Below, in pieces: positions 9,950 to 18,472 of a DNA stretch of 64,000 bases. Position numbers and translations under genes: made by a program. How positions within the stretch are numbered: position 1 is the stretch's first letter; every line of letters starts with the position of its first letter. Source of the DNA: Candidatus Hydrogenedentota bacterium. GTDB taxonomy: Bacteria; Hydrogenedentota; Hydrogenedentia; Hydrogenedentales; SLHB01. The notes below the pieces were generated by a model. It saw nothing but the letters and a program-made list of their open reading frames with translations, searched no databases and was not told the DNA's origin. Location: the NCBI GenBank assembly GCA_045863335.1, contig BTVY01000014.1:32001-96000 (forward strand), read 5' to 3'.

Positions 9950-10843
9950 TCAGAGCAACCCAGTCTCCTGCATTTCTTTGGCCAGGGTTCGCCGTTCCGC
10001 GGGTGTCAGTTCGCGCTGGGGCGGACGGACGAATCCGGGATCGAACCCGCGCAGGCGAACGCCTTCTTTATAGCGGGAGACCATCGCGCCGTAGCGGAAG
10101 GTCCCACAGGCCTGCGAAAGTTTGACCTGACTTTCCCAGGCTTTTTTCAGGTTGCCCTTTTTCACGTTGTTGAAGATGGAAAGGAAGAGTTCCGGCAGGA
10201 CATTCGCCGTACTGGCTACGATCCCGCTGCCGCCGGCCACCAGGGCCTGCATGGAGTACTCGTCGACGCCGTTGATGGCCACGAAACCCTTCGGCACATG
10301 GGTCAGCACGTCATTGAAATGCTGAATGCTGCCGCCGCTGTCCTTCATGCCGACGATGTTGTCGACATTGGTGGCGAGGTCTACGATGAGACTGCGCGAC
10401 AGGGCGTTCTTGGCGCAGCCGGGGATGTTGTAAAGCAGAATGGGAAGATCCCTGGCCGAATTGGCCACTGCGGTAAAGTGGCGTTTGAGCGACTCCTCGT
10501 CGTAGCCGAAGAAACTCGGCGCCACAACGCCGGCCGCATGAGCGCCCGCTTCCTGAGCGTGCCGGGTGAGTTCAATGGTCGATGCTGTGTCGAGACAACC
10601 GGTATGGGCGATTACTTTGACTTTCTTCCCGACCGCCTGGACGACCGTTTCCAGAATCTGCTTTCGTTCCGGGAGGGTCATCAAGGGGCCTTCGCCGGTC
10701 GTGCCGCACACGAACAGGCCGTGGACGCCCTGTTTGGCGAGGTATTCGGCGAGCGCGGCGGCCTTGTCGTAGTCGACGGATTTGCCGCCCTGGGTGAACG
10801 GCGTGAGCATGGCGGGAACGATCCCCTGAAATTTGAACTGCAT
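9950..10843 (-). CDS. dihydrodipicolinate synthase / N-acetylneuraminate lyase family aldolase
   Basis: GTTGE, LYNIP, GMKDSG (Schiff-base Lys); GGAGG RBS before ATG at 10843. Confidence 0.88.
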   Translation of the reverse strand: MQFKFQGIVPAMLTPFTQGGKSVDYDKAAALAEYLAKQGVHGLFVCGTTGEGPLMTLPERKQILETVVQAVGKKVKVIAHTGCLDTASTIELTRHAQEAGAHAAGVVAPSFFGYDEESLKRHFTAVANSARDLPILLYNIPGCAKNALSRSLIVDLATNVDNIVGMKDSGGSIQHFNDVLTHVPKGFVAINGVDEYSMQALVAGGSGIVASTANVLPELFLSIFNNVKKGNLKKAWESQVKLSQACGTFRYGAMVSRYKEGVRLRGFDPGFVRPPQRELTPAERRTLAKEMQETGLL

Positions 10844-11042
10844 GATGGCCTCCAATAGAGCAGGTTGCGCGTCGTGAGCGCAGGTGAATCCCCGTGACGA
10901 AAAAGCGATGTCAGTATACGCTCGGCTCCGGTGGGAATTAAACCTGCTGGTGGCATGAAGCCGGAAGCGGATTGATTCAAGGCGGCTATGCTATCGTAGT
11001 GCGCGTTCAAACCTGGTGTCTCCTCATTCTGGGAGTTTCGAT

Positions 11043-12590
11043 ATGAAAGGCCAACCCAAAGCGTCCTTTGAAGGCAAGACGAAAGCGTCCGACGGCTCAC
11101 GCCATCGCGTATCCGAAGAGGCCATGGCGACCGTTGTCATCTTTGGCGCGACCGGCGATTTGGCGGGGCGCAAGCTCGTGCCGGCGATATACAATCTGTG
11201 GAACTCGGGTTTTCTGCCGAAGCGCATCGCCGTGGTGGGCGTGGCGCGCCGGCCCAAGTCAGACAACGAATTCCGTCAGGAGATGTGCGAGGCGCTGAAG
11301 AAATATTCGCGCACCAACGACAATCTCGGCGATCATTGCGATCCCTTCGTCTCCAACCTCTACTACCAGCAACTGGAATTCAACGATGACGAGGGCTACG
11401 CAAACCTCAAGAAGCGGCTGGAAGAAATCGAAAACAAGATTGGCTCGCCCGGCCATCGTTTGTACTACCTCGCCGTGGGGCCGGAGTTCTTTGCGCCCAT
11501 CGTGGAAGACCTGGGCCGCGCCGGGTTGGTCAGCGCCATGGGCGAAGACCGATGGACGCGCATGGTCGTGGAGAAGCCCTTTGGACACGACTTGCAATCG
11601 GCACGGGAATTGGATGCGCGGCTGGGCGCGGTGCTCGCGGAAGATCAAATCCTCCGCATCGATCACTACCTTGGCAAAGAGACCGTGCAAAACATCTTCG
11701 CGTTCCGCTTCGGCAACGCCATCTTTGAACCTCTCTTCAACCAGAAGTATGTCGATCACGTTCAAATCACCATGGCGGAAACCGTGGGCATGGAAGGGCG
11801 CCGTGGCGCCTTTTACGACAAGACGGGCGCCCTGCGGGACGTACTACAGAATCACCTCCTCCAACTATTGTGTCTTGTCGCCATGGAGCCTCCGGCCCTG
11901 CCCGGCGCCAAACATACGCGCGACGAGAAAATGAAGGTTTTGAGTTCTGTTGCGGTGCCGGTCGATGAGCCTCTAGCCCAGTGGTGCGTGCGGGGCCAGT
12001 ATGCAGGCGGGCAGGATATCCTGGGGTACGTTTCCGAGGAAGGCGTAGCTCCGGACTCCCACACGGAAACCTACGTGGCGCTGCGCCTCAAGATCGACAA
12101 CTGGCGTTGGGCCGGAGTGCCGTTTATGCTGCGCACCGGCAAGCGGCTGAAGTCGCGGGTCACCGAAATTACGGTGCAGTTCAAGCAGCCGCCGACACAC
12201 TTCTTCCGCGAGATGGGGTTGCCCATCCCCGAAACCAATATGCTGGCCTTTCGCATCCAGCCGGACGAGGCGATTTCGCTTCGTTTCAACGCCAAACCAC
12301 CCGGCACGGAGATGAATATTCAATCCGTAAACATGAATTTTAATTACGGGCACACCTTTCAGGAGGAACTGCCCGAGGCCTACGAGCGCCTCTTGCTTGA
12401 CGCGTTGCGCGGTGATTCGACCCTCTTCATGCGCACCGACGAAATCGACTATTCGTGGCAGATTGCGACGCAGATCGCAGACGCCTGGGAAGGCGCGCCG
12501 CCACCGGAATTGTATCGCCCCGGCACCTGGGGACCCAACGAGGCGGCGCGATTGTTTGAAGGATGCGAAGGGAGGTGGCGCGAACCATGA
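11043..12590 (+). CDS. zwf: glucose-6-phosphate 1-dehydrogenase
   Basis: GATGDLA, VVEKPFG, RIDHYLGKE, RWAGVPF; start placed at ATG 11043 after GGGAG. Confidence 0.97.
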   Translation: MKGQPKASFEGKTKASDGSRHRVSEEAMATVVIFGATGDLAGRKLVPAIYNLWNSGFLPKRIAVVGVARRPKSDNEFRQEMCEALKKYSRTNDNLGDHCDPFVSNLYYQQLEFNDDEGYANLKKRLEEIENKIGSPGHRLYYLAVGPEFFAPIVEDLGRAGLVSAMGEDRWTRMVVEKPFGHDLQSARELDARLGAVLAEDQILRIDHYLGKETVQNIFAFRFGNAIFEPLFNQKYVDHVQITMAETVGMEGRRGAFYDKTGALRDVLQNHLLQLLCLVAMEPPALPGAKHTRDEKMKVLSSVAVPVDEPLAQWCVRGQYAGGQDILGYVSEEGVAPDSHTETYVALRLKIDNWRWAGVPFMLRTGKRLKSRVTEITVQFKQPPTHFFREMGLPIPETNMLAFRIQPDEAISLRFNAKPPGTEMNIQSVNMNFNYGHTFQEELPEAYERLLLDALRGDSTLFMRTDEIDYSWQIATQIADAWEGAPPPELYRPGTWGPNEAARLFEGCEGRWREP

Positions 12591-13372
12591 TGACTTTTGT
12601 CAGTGAAATGATGTTAATCGCTCAGGCTGCCGTAGCCGCAACCGGCGCATGCGCCCATCGCGGCGACGTGAAGAACGCGCCGGAGAACACCATTCCCGCG
12701 TTTGCGTCCGCCGTGCGACTTGGGGCGCAGCAGATCGAATTCGACGTGCAGCTTTCCAAAGACGGCGAATTGGTGATCATGCACGACGGTACCCTGGATC
12801 GAACGACCGACGGAACGGGTGCCGTGAGCGATCTGACCTTTACGGAGTTGCGCGCCTTGGATGCTGGGAGTTGGTTCGACCCGAAGTTCGCTGGCACGCG
12901 AATCCCCACCTTGCGCGAGACGCTGGAAGTCATCCCCGAGACCGTCTTGTGCAATGTCCATCTTAAGAACTCGCCCGGCGTCGCTGCGGCGTCCGCCCAA
13001 TTGATTCAGGAGATGGGCCGTCTGGACCAGGGCTTCCTGGCCTGCACCGTCGAACAGGCGGAAGAGGCCCGGGCCGTGGTGCCGGAGATACGGATCTGCA
13101 ACATGTCGCGCCAGGGCAGCGACCGGCAGGCCTACGTGGACCTCACGCTCGAACGAAACTGCGACTACATTCAATTGCACAAGAACAACGGCACGGACGG
13201 CCTGCGCGAAGCCGTTGAGCAGCTCCACGCCGGCGGCGTGAAGGTCAATTACTTTGGCGCACAGGACGCACCAACGATTCGCGCGTTGGCCGAGGGCGGC
13301 GTCGATTACATCTTGACGGACGATTTGTCCTTGTGCCTTAAAGTCCTGGACGAGGTGGCCAAAACGAAGTAA
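12587..13372 (+). CDS. glycerophosphodiester phosphodiesterase family protein
   Basis: AHRG..PENT, IEFDVQLSKDG, HD.TLDRTT, ILTD; ATGA overlap with zwf stop. Confidence 0.9.
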   Translation: MMTFVSEMMLIAQAAVAATGACAHRGDVKNAPENTIPAFASAVRLGAQQIEFDVQLSKDGELVIMHDGTLDRTTDGTGAVSDLTFTELRALDAGSWFDPKFAGTRIPTLRETLEVIPETVLCNVHLKNSPGVAAASAQLIQEMGRLDQGFLACTVEQAEEARAVVPEIRICNMSRQGSDRQAYVDLTLERNCDYIQLHKNNGTDGLREAVEQLHAGGVKVNYFGAQDAPTIRALAEGGVDYILTDDLSLCLKVLDEVAKTK

Positions 13373-13392
13373 CATACGATGCATCGGGTGTC

Positions 13393-14097
13393 GTGACAGA
13401 ATACAAGGGGAGCGTTCGTTTCGTGGACATGAAACTGGAGATCAGTCCGGAACCGGAACGCGCTCTCGCCAAGGCGCTCATCGAGTACCTCGGCGGCATC
13501 GAGGAACCCCACATCGCCGTCTCCGGCGGGTCGACGCCGCGCGATCTATACCGCCTGCTCGCGGCAAAATATGTGAAGAAGATCCCCTGGTCGCGCCTCA
13601 CGGTTTTCCAGGTCGACGAGCGTTGCGTGCCGCCAGGCGACAAACAGTCAAACTGGCGCATGCTCGACAAGGAGCTCCTGTCGAAGGTGGACGGCGTGAC
13701 GGCTTACCGCATCGAAGCCGAACGCGATGGCGCGGCAGAGGACTATGAACGCGCCCTCATCGAGCACGCGCCCATCGGTCTCCATGCGGTTCCGCAACTG
13801 GACCTGATTCTCCTGGGGATGGGCGGCGATGGCCACACCGCATCGCTCTTCCCCGGCACGAAAGCCCTCAAAGAATCCAAGCGCCTCGTCGTACGCAACG
13901 CCGTTCCCGTGTTGGGTGCCGATCGCATCACGATGACCTACCCCCTGATCAACGCCGCGCGGGAGCGATGGTTCCTCGTGCGGGGCGAGGACAAAGCGAA
14001 AGCATTCGAAAAGGTTCGTCAGGGAAAGCTTCCCGCTGCTCAAGTCGTCAACGCGCGCTGGTTCCTCGATCCAACGGCCGCGGGGGAGACAAAATAG
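13393..14097 (+). CDS. pgl: 6-phosphogluconolactonase
   Basis: SGGSTP, DERCVP, LGMGGDGHTASLFP, RITMT. Confidence 0.93.
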   Translation: MTEYKGSVRFVDMKLEISPEPERALAKALIEYLGGIEEPHIAVSGGSTPRDLYRLLAAKYVKKIPWSRLTVFQVDERCVPPGDKQSNWRMLDKELLSKVDGVTAYRIEAERDGAAEDYERALIEHAPIGLHAVPQLDLILLGMGGDGHTASLFPGTKALKESKRLVVRNAVPVLGADRITMTYPLINAARERWFLVRGEDKAKAFEKVRQGKLPAAQVVNARWFLDPTAAGETK

Positions 14098-14100
14098 AAA

Positions 14101-14129
14101 CCCCTCCGTTCGACTTTCGAACGGAGGGG
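14101..14129. terminator. hairpin between convergent pgl and CBS-domain genes
   Basis: 13-bp perfect stem CCCCTCCGTTCGA / TCGAACGGAGGGG with 3-nt loop. Confidence 0.7.
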
Positions 14130-14151
14130 CCATCACGATTCACTTCGTAAA

Positions 14152-14685
14152 TTATCCGTGCCGGTTGCTCAGCAATGCGGCGAGGTTTTCCGGGCGTTGC
14201 GAGGCGACGAGACGCTGCAGTTCATTGATCGACATGGGAGACTGCATCGTCTTGAGTTCGTCTTCGTACCGCTCTTTCTCCAGCGCCAGCTCGCGTTGCA
14301 TGCACTGAATGCCGCGCAGCATGTCCTGGCGGCTGATGCGGCCGACTGGTTTTCCGTCTTCCAAAACCGGGAGCACGGCGAAATTCGTGCTGAGGAATTC
14401 GCGCGCGACGGAGAATAGGTCCATGTCCGCTGTGAGCACGCCTTTCAGCTCCGACATGTAGTCGGCCACCGTTCCGCCTCCGAGGTGCCCGTAGGCTTCA
14501 TGGGACATAACCCGGAGACAATCCTTTTCCGTCAGGATCCCGATGAGGTTGCCGTCCGCGTCCAGCACGGGGGCGCCGGATGCGCGCTTGCTTGCGAGGA
14601 TGTCGATGGCCTCGTACACGTCCATATCAGGGCGGAGCGTGACGAACCAGACCGACATGCAATCGCGTGCGGTAGGTACTTTCAT
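14152..14685 (-). CDS. CBS domain pair protein
   Basis: SGAPVLD..GNLIGILTEKD and LPVLEDGKPVGRISRQD; GGAGG RBS. Confidence 0.9.
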   Translation of the reverse strand: MKVPTARDCMSVWFVTLRPDMDVYEAIDILASKRASGAPVLDADGNLIGILTEKDCLRVMSHEAYGHLGGGTVADYMSELKGVLTADMDLFSVAREFLSTNFAVLPVLEDGKPVGRISRQDMLRGIQCMQRELALEKERYEDELKTMQSPMSINELQRLVASQRPENLAALLSNRHG

Positions 14686-15050
14686 GGTACGACCTCCCTC
14701 TTCCCGAATTCACAGCTCAAGCGGGTCAACCTCCGCGTACTGCCGATTCATCAGTATAGCAAGTAAAAGGGGGCGGCATTCGCATTGGGACCTCCAGGAA
14801 GACGCTTAACCAGCATCAGATCAAGGCTTTGAATCTGAATTTCTGAGGCATGAAAAGTGGTGGGGGAAACCAGCCATTTTCGCGCATGGCCGCGCACGTT
14901 GTAACGTGCTTATTTTCACGATTTTGCGAAGGCATTGAAGCGCGGCAACCAAGCCGATCCGGGTGAATATTGTGAATGAGTCGAAATGGAGCCGTGCTGA
15001 CCCCATGGCGGGTGGCGGTGCTCAGGTTAGTCGTGGCAACCCATGCGGTT

Positions 15051-15251
15051 CTACTTTGGATCGTCTAGCTGGCTCACCCCCTTGCGAAGCATTTGCTCCA
15101 CAATTTGACTTACCTCCTCGCCGCGGGACTTCGCTAGACGTTCCAGCTTCACCTGGAGTTGCAGATCCAAATAAATCGGAAGACGGATCGTCGCATCTTT
15201 TCGATAAAACTTGCCCCGCTCGGCATCGCTAAAATCGTACTCATCCTTCAT
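15051..15251 (-). CDS. small BrnA/CopG-like antitoxin (no adjacent toxin)
   Basis: MKDEYDFS..ERGKFY start typical of BrnT-associated antitoxins, followed by ribbon-helix-helix-like segment. Confidence 0.65.
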   Translation of the reverse strand: MKDEYDFSDAERGKFYRKDATIRLPIYLDLQLQVKLERLAKSRGEEVSQIVEQMLRKGVSQLDDPK

Positions 15252-15388
15252 GCTCAATCACCGTTGCATACTGCGCCGCTTGCTACTCCATACAATACCA
15301 GTTACAACTTGTCTTTGTCTGCGACCTCCCACTAGACTACGCTTCCGATTCAATGTGGGGAAATCCAGCGATAAGGAACCGAACTGCC

Positions 15389-16654
15389 GTGAGTACGATA
15401 GAACGTTGCGAAGCCTTTCTTCAGGAAGTCCAGAACCATCTCCGTGACGAATTATTGCCCTTCTGGCTGACCCATGGGGTCGACAAGGAGTACGGCGGAT
15501 TCCTCACCTACCTGGACAAAGACGGCAAGCCCACGGGCGAGACGGTCAAGACGCATCTGTGTCAGACGCGCTGTATCTACACCTATTCCTCCGTCCATCG
15601 CGCGGGCATCGGCGAAGGCGAGTTCCTCAAGATTGCGCGGCAGGGCGTCGACTTCATTCTCGATCACTGCTGGGATGACGATCACGGCGGCTGGTACTGG
15701 ACGGCCGAGCAGGATGGCACGCCCATCAATCGGAGCAAACTCACCTACGGCCATTCCTTCGCCATTTACGCGCTCAGCGAATACGGCATGGCCTCCGGCG
15801 ATCATCGCGGCATCGAGTGGGCGGTAAAGACCTACGAGGTGCTGCAATGCCTCGCGGCGGACAACTGCCACGGCGGCTACTACGAGTTCCTGGAAGAAGA
15901 TTGGTCCAAGAAGCGGCCCGGCAAATATGGCGGCGACCGCAAATCCTTCGACGTGCACATGCACCTCATGGAAGCCTTCACGAACCTCTACGAAGCCACC
16001 GGCGCGCGCGTCTACAAAGAACGCACGAAAGAGATCGTCGATCTCATCTTCAAATACATCATGCACCCCGACCACAACCTCGGCATCGCGCAGTTCTCGC
16101 TGGACTGGAAACCGCTCCGGCAGATCCTCTTCGCCGACGTCTGGGGTTCGGATCGCGACGCTGAGGAGGATGAAGGCCGCCCGCTGGACAACACGAGCTA
16201 CGGCCACAACATCGAGTTCGCCTGGCTGCTCATCCACACGATCAAGGTGCTCGGCCTCGATATCGAGGACTACAAGCCCGGGCTGATGAAGATCTTCGAT
16301 CACGCCGTGAAATACGGCATCGACTGGAAACACGGCGGCATCTACTGCGAAGGCCCCTTCGACGGACCCGCCCGCGAGAAGAACAAGGAGTTCTGGCAAC
16401 AGGCCGAGGCCCTCGTCGGCCTGCTCGACGCGTACATCCTCTTCGGCGACGAAAAATACATCGACGCCTACGAGAACATCCACCGCTTCGTCATGGACCA
16501 CGTCATAAACCACAAAGTCGGCGAGTGGTACCCCCTCTTCGACGAAAACTGCAATCGCCTCTGGGACTATATGGGCCACGCCTGGAAGATCAATTACCAC
16601 ACGGTAAGGTCGATGATTCAGAGCGAGGCACGGCTACTGAGGATTACGGGGTAG
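15389..16654 (+). CDS. AGE family epimerase/isomerase (cellobiose 2-epimerase-like)
   Basis: LLPFW...D.EYGGF, HMHLMEAF, SYGHNIEFAW, WQQAE, WKINYH. Confidence 0.9.
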   Translation: MSTIERCEAFLQEVQNHLRDELLPFWLTHGVDKEYGGFLTYLDKDGKPTGETVKTHLCQTRCIYTYSSVHRAGIGEGEFLKIARQGVDFILDHCWDDDHGGWYWTAEQDGTPINRSKLTYGHSFAIYALSEYGMASGDHRGIEWAVKTYEVLQCLAADNCHGGYYEFLEEDWSKKRPGKYGGDRKSFDVHMHLMEAFTNLYEATGARVYKERTKEIVDLIFKYIMHPDHNLGIAQFSLDWKPLRQILFADVWGSDRDAEEDEGRPLDNTSYGHNIEFAWLLIHTIKVLGLDIEDYKPGLMKIFDHAVKYGIDWKHGGIYCEGPFDGPAREKNKEFWQQAEALVGLLDAYILFGDEKYIDAYENIHRFVMDHVINHKVGEWYPLFDENCNRLWDYMGHAWKINYHTVRSMIQSEARLLRITG

Positions 16655-16725
16655 ACGGCGGAACAAGATCGCTGTATCATAATTATGTCGTCCTTGGCGT
16701 GTACGCGAATAGGAGCATCGCTACG

Positions 16726-17127
16726 GTGAATGTCGCAACACCCTCGATATCAAGCGTCATGTCGGACCGCGACGCCCGGATACTGCGCCGCTGTCGAATA
16801 ACATACTCATTTTTCTTGCTCGCCAGCTTGGGCGTGTTCGTGTTGGCTGTCGTTTTAATGATCCCCTCGCTTAATTTGGATGGATCTCCTCGAGTTGTCT
16901 TCCCGCTGATTGGTCTCCAATACATCTTTACTCTATTGGCGGCCGTCGAGTTGATGCGCGTGACGGGCGTCTTGGGCTACTCCATATTGACAGGAATTGG
17001 TGTCCTCCTGCTTACCTTGTTTCCGACGGCGATTCCACTGCTCATCACCGCCTTGATCCTGAACCGTCAGGTTACCCAGGCGCTGGAGAATCATCGAACG
17101 GCGAACGCGCTGCTCCCAACTCCGTAG
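16726..17127 (+). CDS. hypothetical membrane protein (3-4 TM helices)
   Basis: hydrophobic ORF; GTG at 16726 after AGGAG (alternative ATG at 16759). Confidence 0.55.
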   Translation: MNVATPSISSVMSDRDARILRRCRITYSFFLLASLGVFVLAVVLMIPSLNLDGSPRVVFPLIGLQYIFTLLAAVELMRVTGVLGYSILTGIGVLLLTLFPTAIPLLITALILNRQVTQALENHRTANALLPTP

Positions 17128-17260
17128 CGTCGCCGTCCAACTGCCCAATCGCCGTGCCGCGCTCATCGAGCGTCAGGCCTACTCGTAGCTGGCTCTACTG
17201 TCCGGCCTTGTGTCCGTGTCCGTCCGTGCCGGTCCGTGTTCCCTCACCATCAGAAATCCC

Positions 17261-17307
17261 TTGACAAAATCGCCATGCCACGATAAAATACTGAATAGAT
17301 ATTCAGT
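17261..17307 (+). promoter_or_regulatory. sigma70 promoter followed by palindromic operator resembling a LexA/SOS box
   Basis: TTGACA 17261-17266, 17-nt spacer, TAAAAT 17284-17289; ACTGAATAGATATTCAGT 17290-17307 (CTG-N10-CAG). Confidence 0.7.
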
Positions 17308-17336
17308 TTATAATCCTGTCTGGAAAGGAGCAGGGT

Positions 17337-17531
17337 ATGGCTACTTCGTATCTCTTCGATCTGGAACCCTTTACACCGCCCCCACCCCGGCGGCGTCGGG
17401 CACCCCTCAGCCCGGGAATCCGGCAAGCCCTGGCGCGGTTGCGGCGGACCATGGACGCGATTCCCGCTGAGGAGTGGGAGCTGCGCCGGCGACGCTGGGA
17501 AGATCTGAATCAAAATCTCCGGTCGTCCTGA
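17337..17531 (+). CDS. hypothetical 64-aa basic small protein
   Basis: AAGGAG RBS 6 nt before ATG, own promoter and operator, does not overlap any convincing gene. Confidence 0.65.
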   Translation: MATSYLFDLEPFTPPPPRRRRAPLSPGIRQALARLRRTMDAIPAEEWELRRRRWEDLNQNLRSS

Positions 17532-17813
17532 GTGACCCACTGGATGGGTGCGCATCGTGTAGATGGGTGACAGTTCGTCGGCTAGAAAAGTTCCAATCTA
17601 CTTGTCGCAGGCGGGATGGATTCCTGGGGCCGGGACGGGGCGCAGATGCGTCCGATGCCGGTTCACGTGCACGCTCCGGGCTTGCGAACAGCATGGTGGA
17701 CCATCGTCGTCAACCCTCTGTGCAGCAATCTCATAGGGCAAGCCATTTGCGGGAGCGGGTCAATCCCTTTACGTAGGCACGGCCATGCGCTGCGGGGCCA
17801 ACAAACCGGGCAA

Positions 17814-17829
17814 TGGCACAACGCTTGCA
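17814..17829 (+). promoter_or_regulatory. sigma54 (-24/-12) promoter
   Basis: TGGCACAACGCTTGCA matches TGGCAC-N5-TTGCA, about 50 nt upstream of the start at 17881. Confidence 0.75.
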
Positions 17830-17880
17830 CACTTCCCGGCAATCGGGAATTCACCAAACCAAGACCAAGGAGGCTGTGCA

Positions 17881-18186
17881 ATGAAAAGCCTACTGACGAC
17901 GCTCATGTTTGCGTTGGCCCTGACTATGGGTCCGATGCTGACGGGTTGCGAAGTTGAGCAAACCCGCGAAGGCGAAATGCCGGAGGTCGACATCGACGCC
18001 GAAGCGGGGCAGTTGCCGCAGTACGACGTAGACCCGGCGGACGTCGAAATCGGTACGGAAGAAATGACGATTGAAGTGCCCGATGTCGACATAGGCACCG
18101 AGGAACGCGAGATCACTGTGCCGGATATTGACGTGCAAATGCCGGACGAAGAACCTGAAGGTCTCGAGGAAGATCTGCAGGAATAA
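17881..18186 (+). CDS. small acidic lipoprotein with internal repeat
   Basis: AGGAGG RBS; lipobox LTGC; repeated DV(E/D)IGTEExxIxVP. Confidence 0.8.
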   Translation: MKSLLTTLMFALALTMGPMLTGCEVEQTREGEMPEVDIDAEAGQLPQYDVDPADVEIGTEEMTIEVPDVDIGTEEREITVPDIDVQMPDEEPEGLEEDLQE

Positions 18187-18472
18187 GATCACATCCCCGG
18201 AATCGGGTTGACAGCGGTTAACGTCCGTTGATCGCGGGTTGATTGACTCCGGGGTTTCCCATATATGCGAGAAGGCAGGCACATTCTCGCGGTCCCGTTC
18301 CGCAGGCATTCAGAGCGTGCGGAACGGGACGGTTCTTTGTCTGGAGGATCAGAATATCCTCCTTCCACAAGGCGTCCGATTCAGCACTTCGGCGGACCTG
18401 TGGCAATACGCCTTTGCTATCGCGTATTCTGCGTAGACAGGGGCAACCGCAGTTTGACGGAGGATAGAGTCC

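Noticed and set aside
14739-14757. TACTG-N9-CAGTA considered as a second SOS box
   Set aside because: Spacer is 9 nt rather than 10 and is not AT-alternating.
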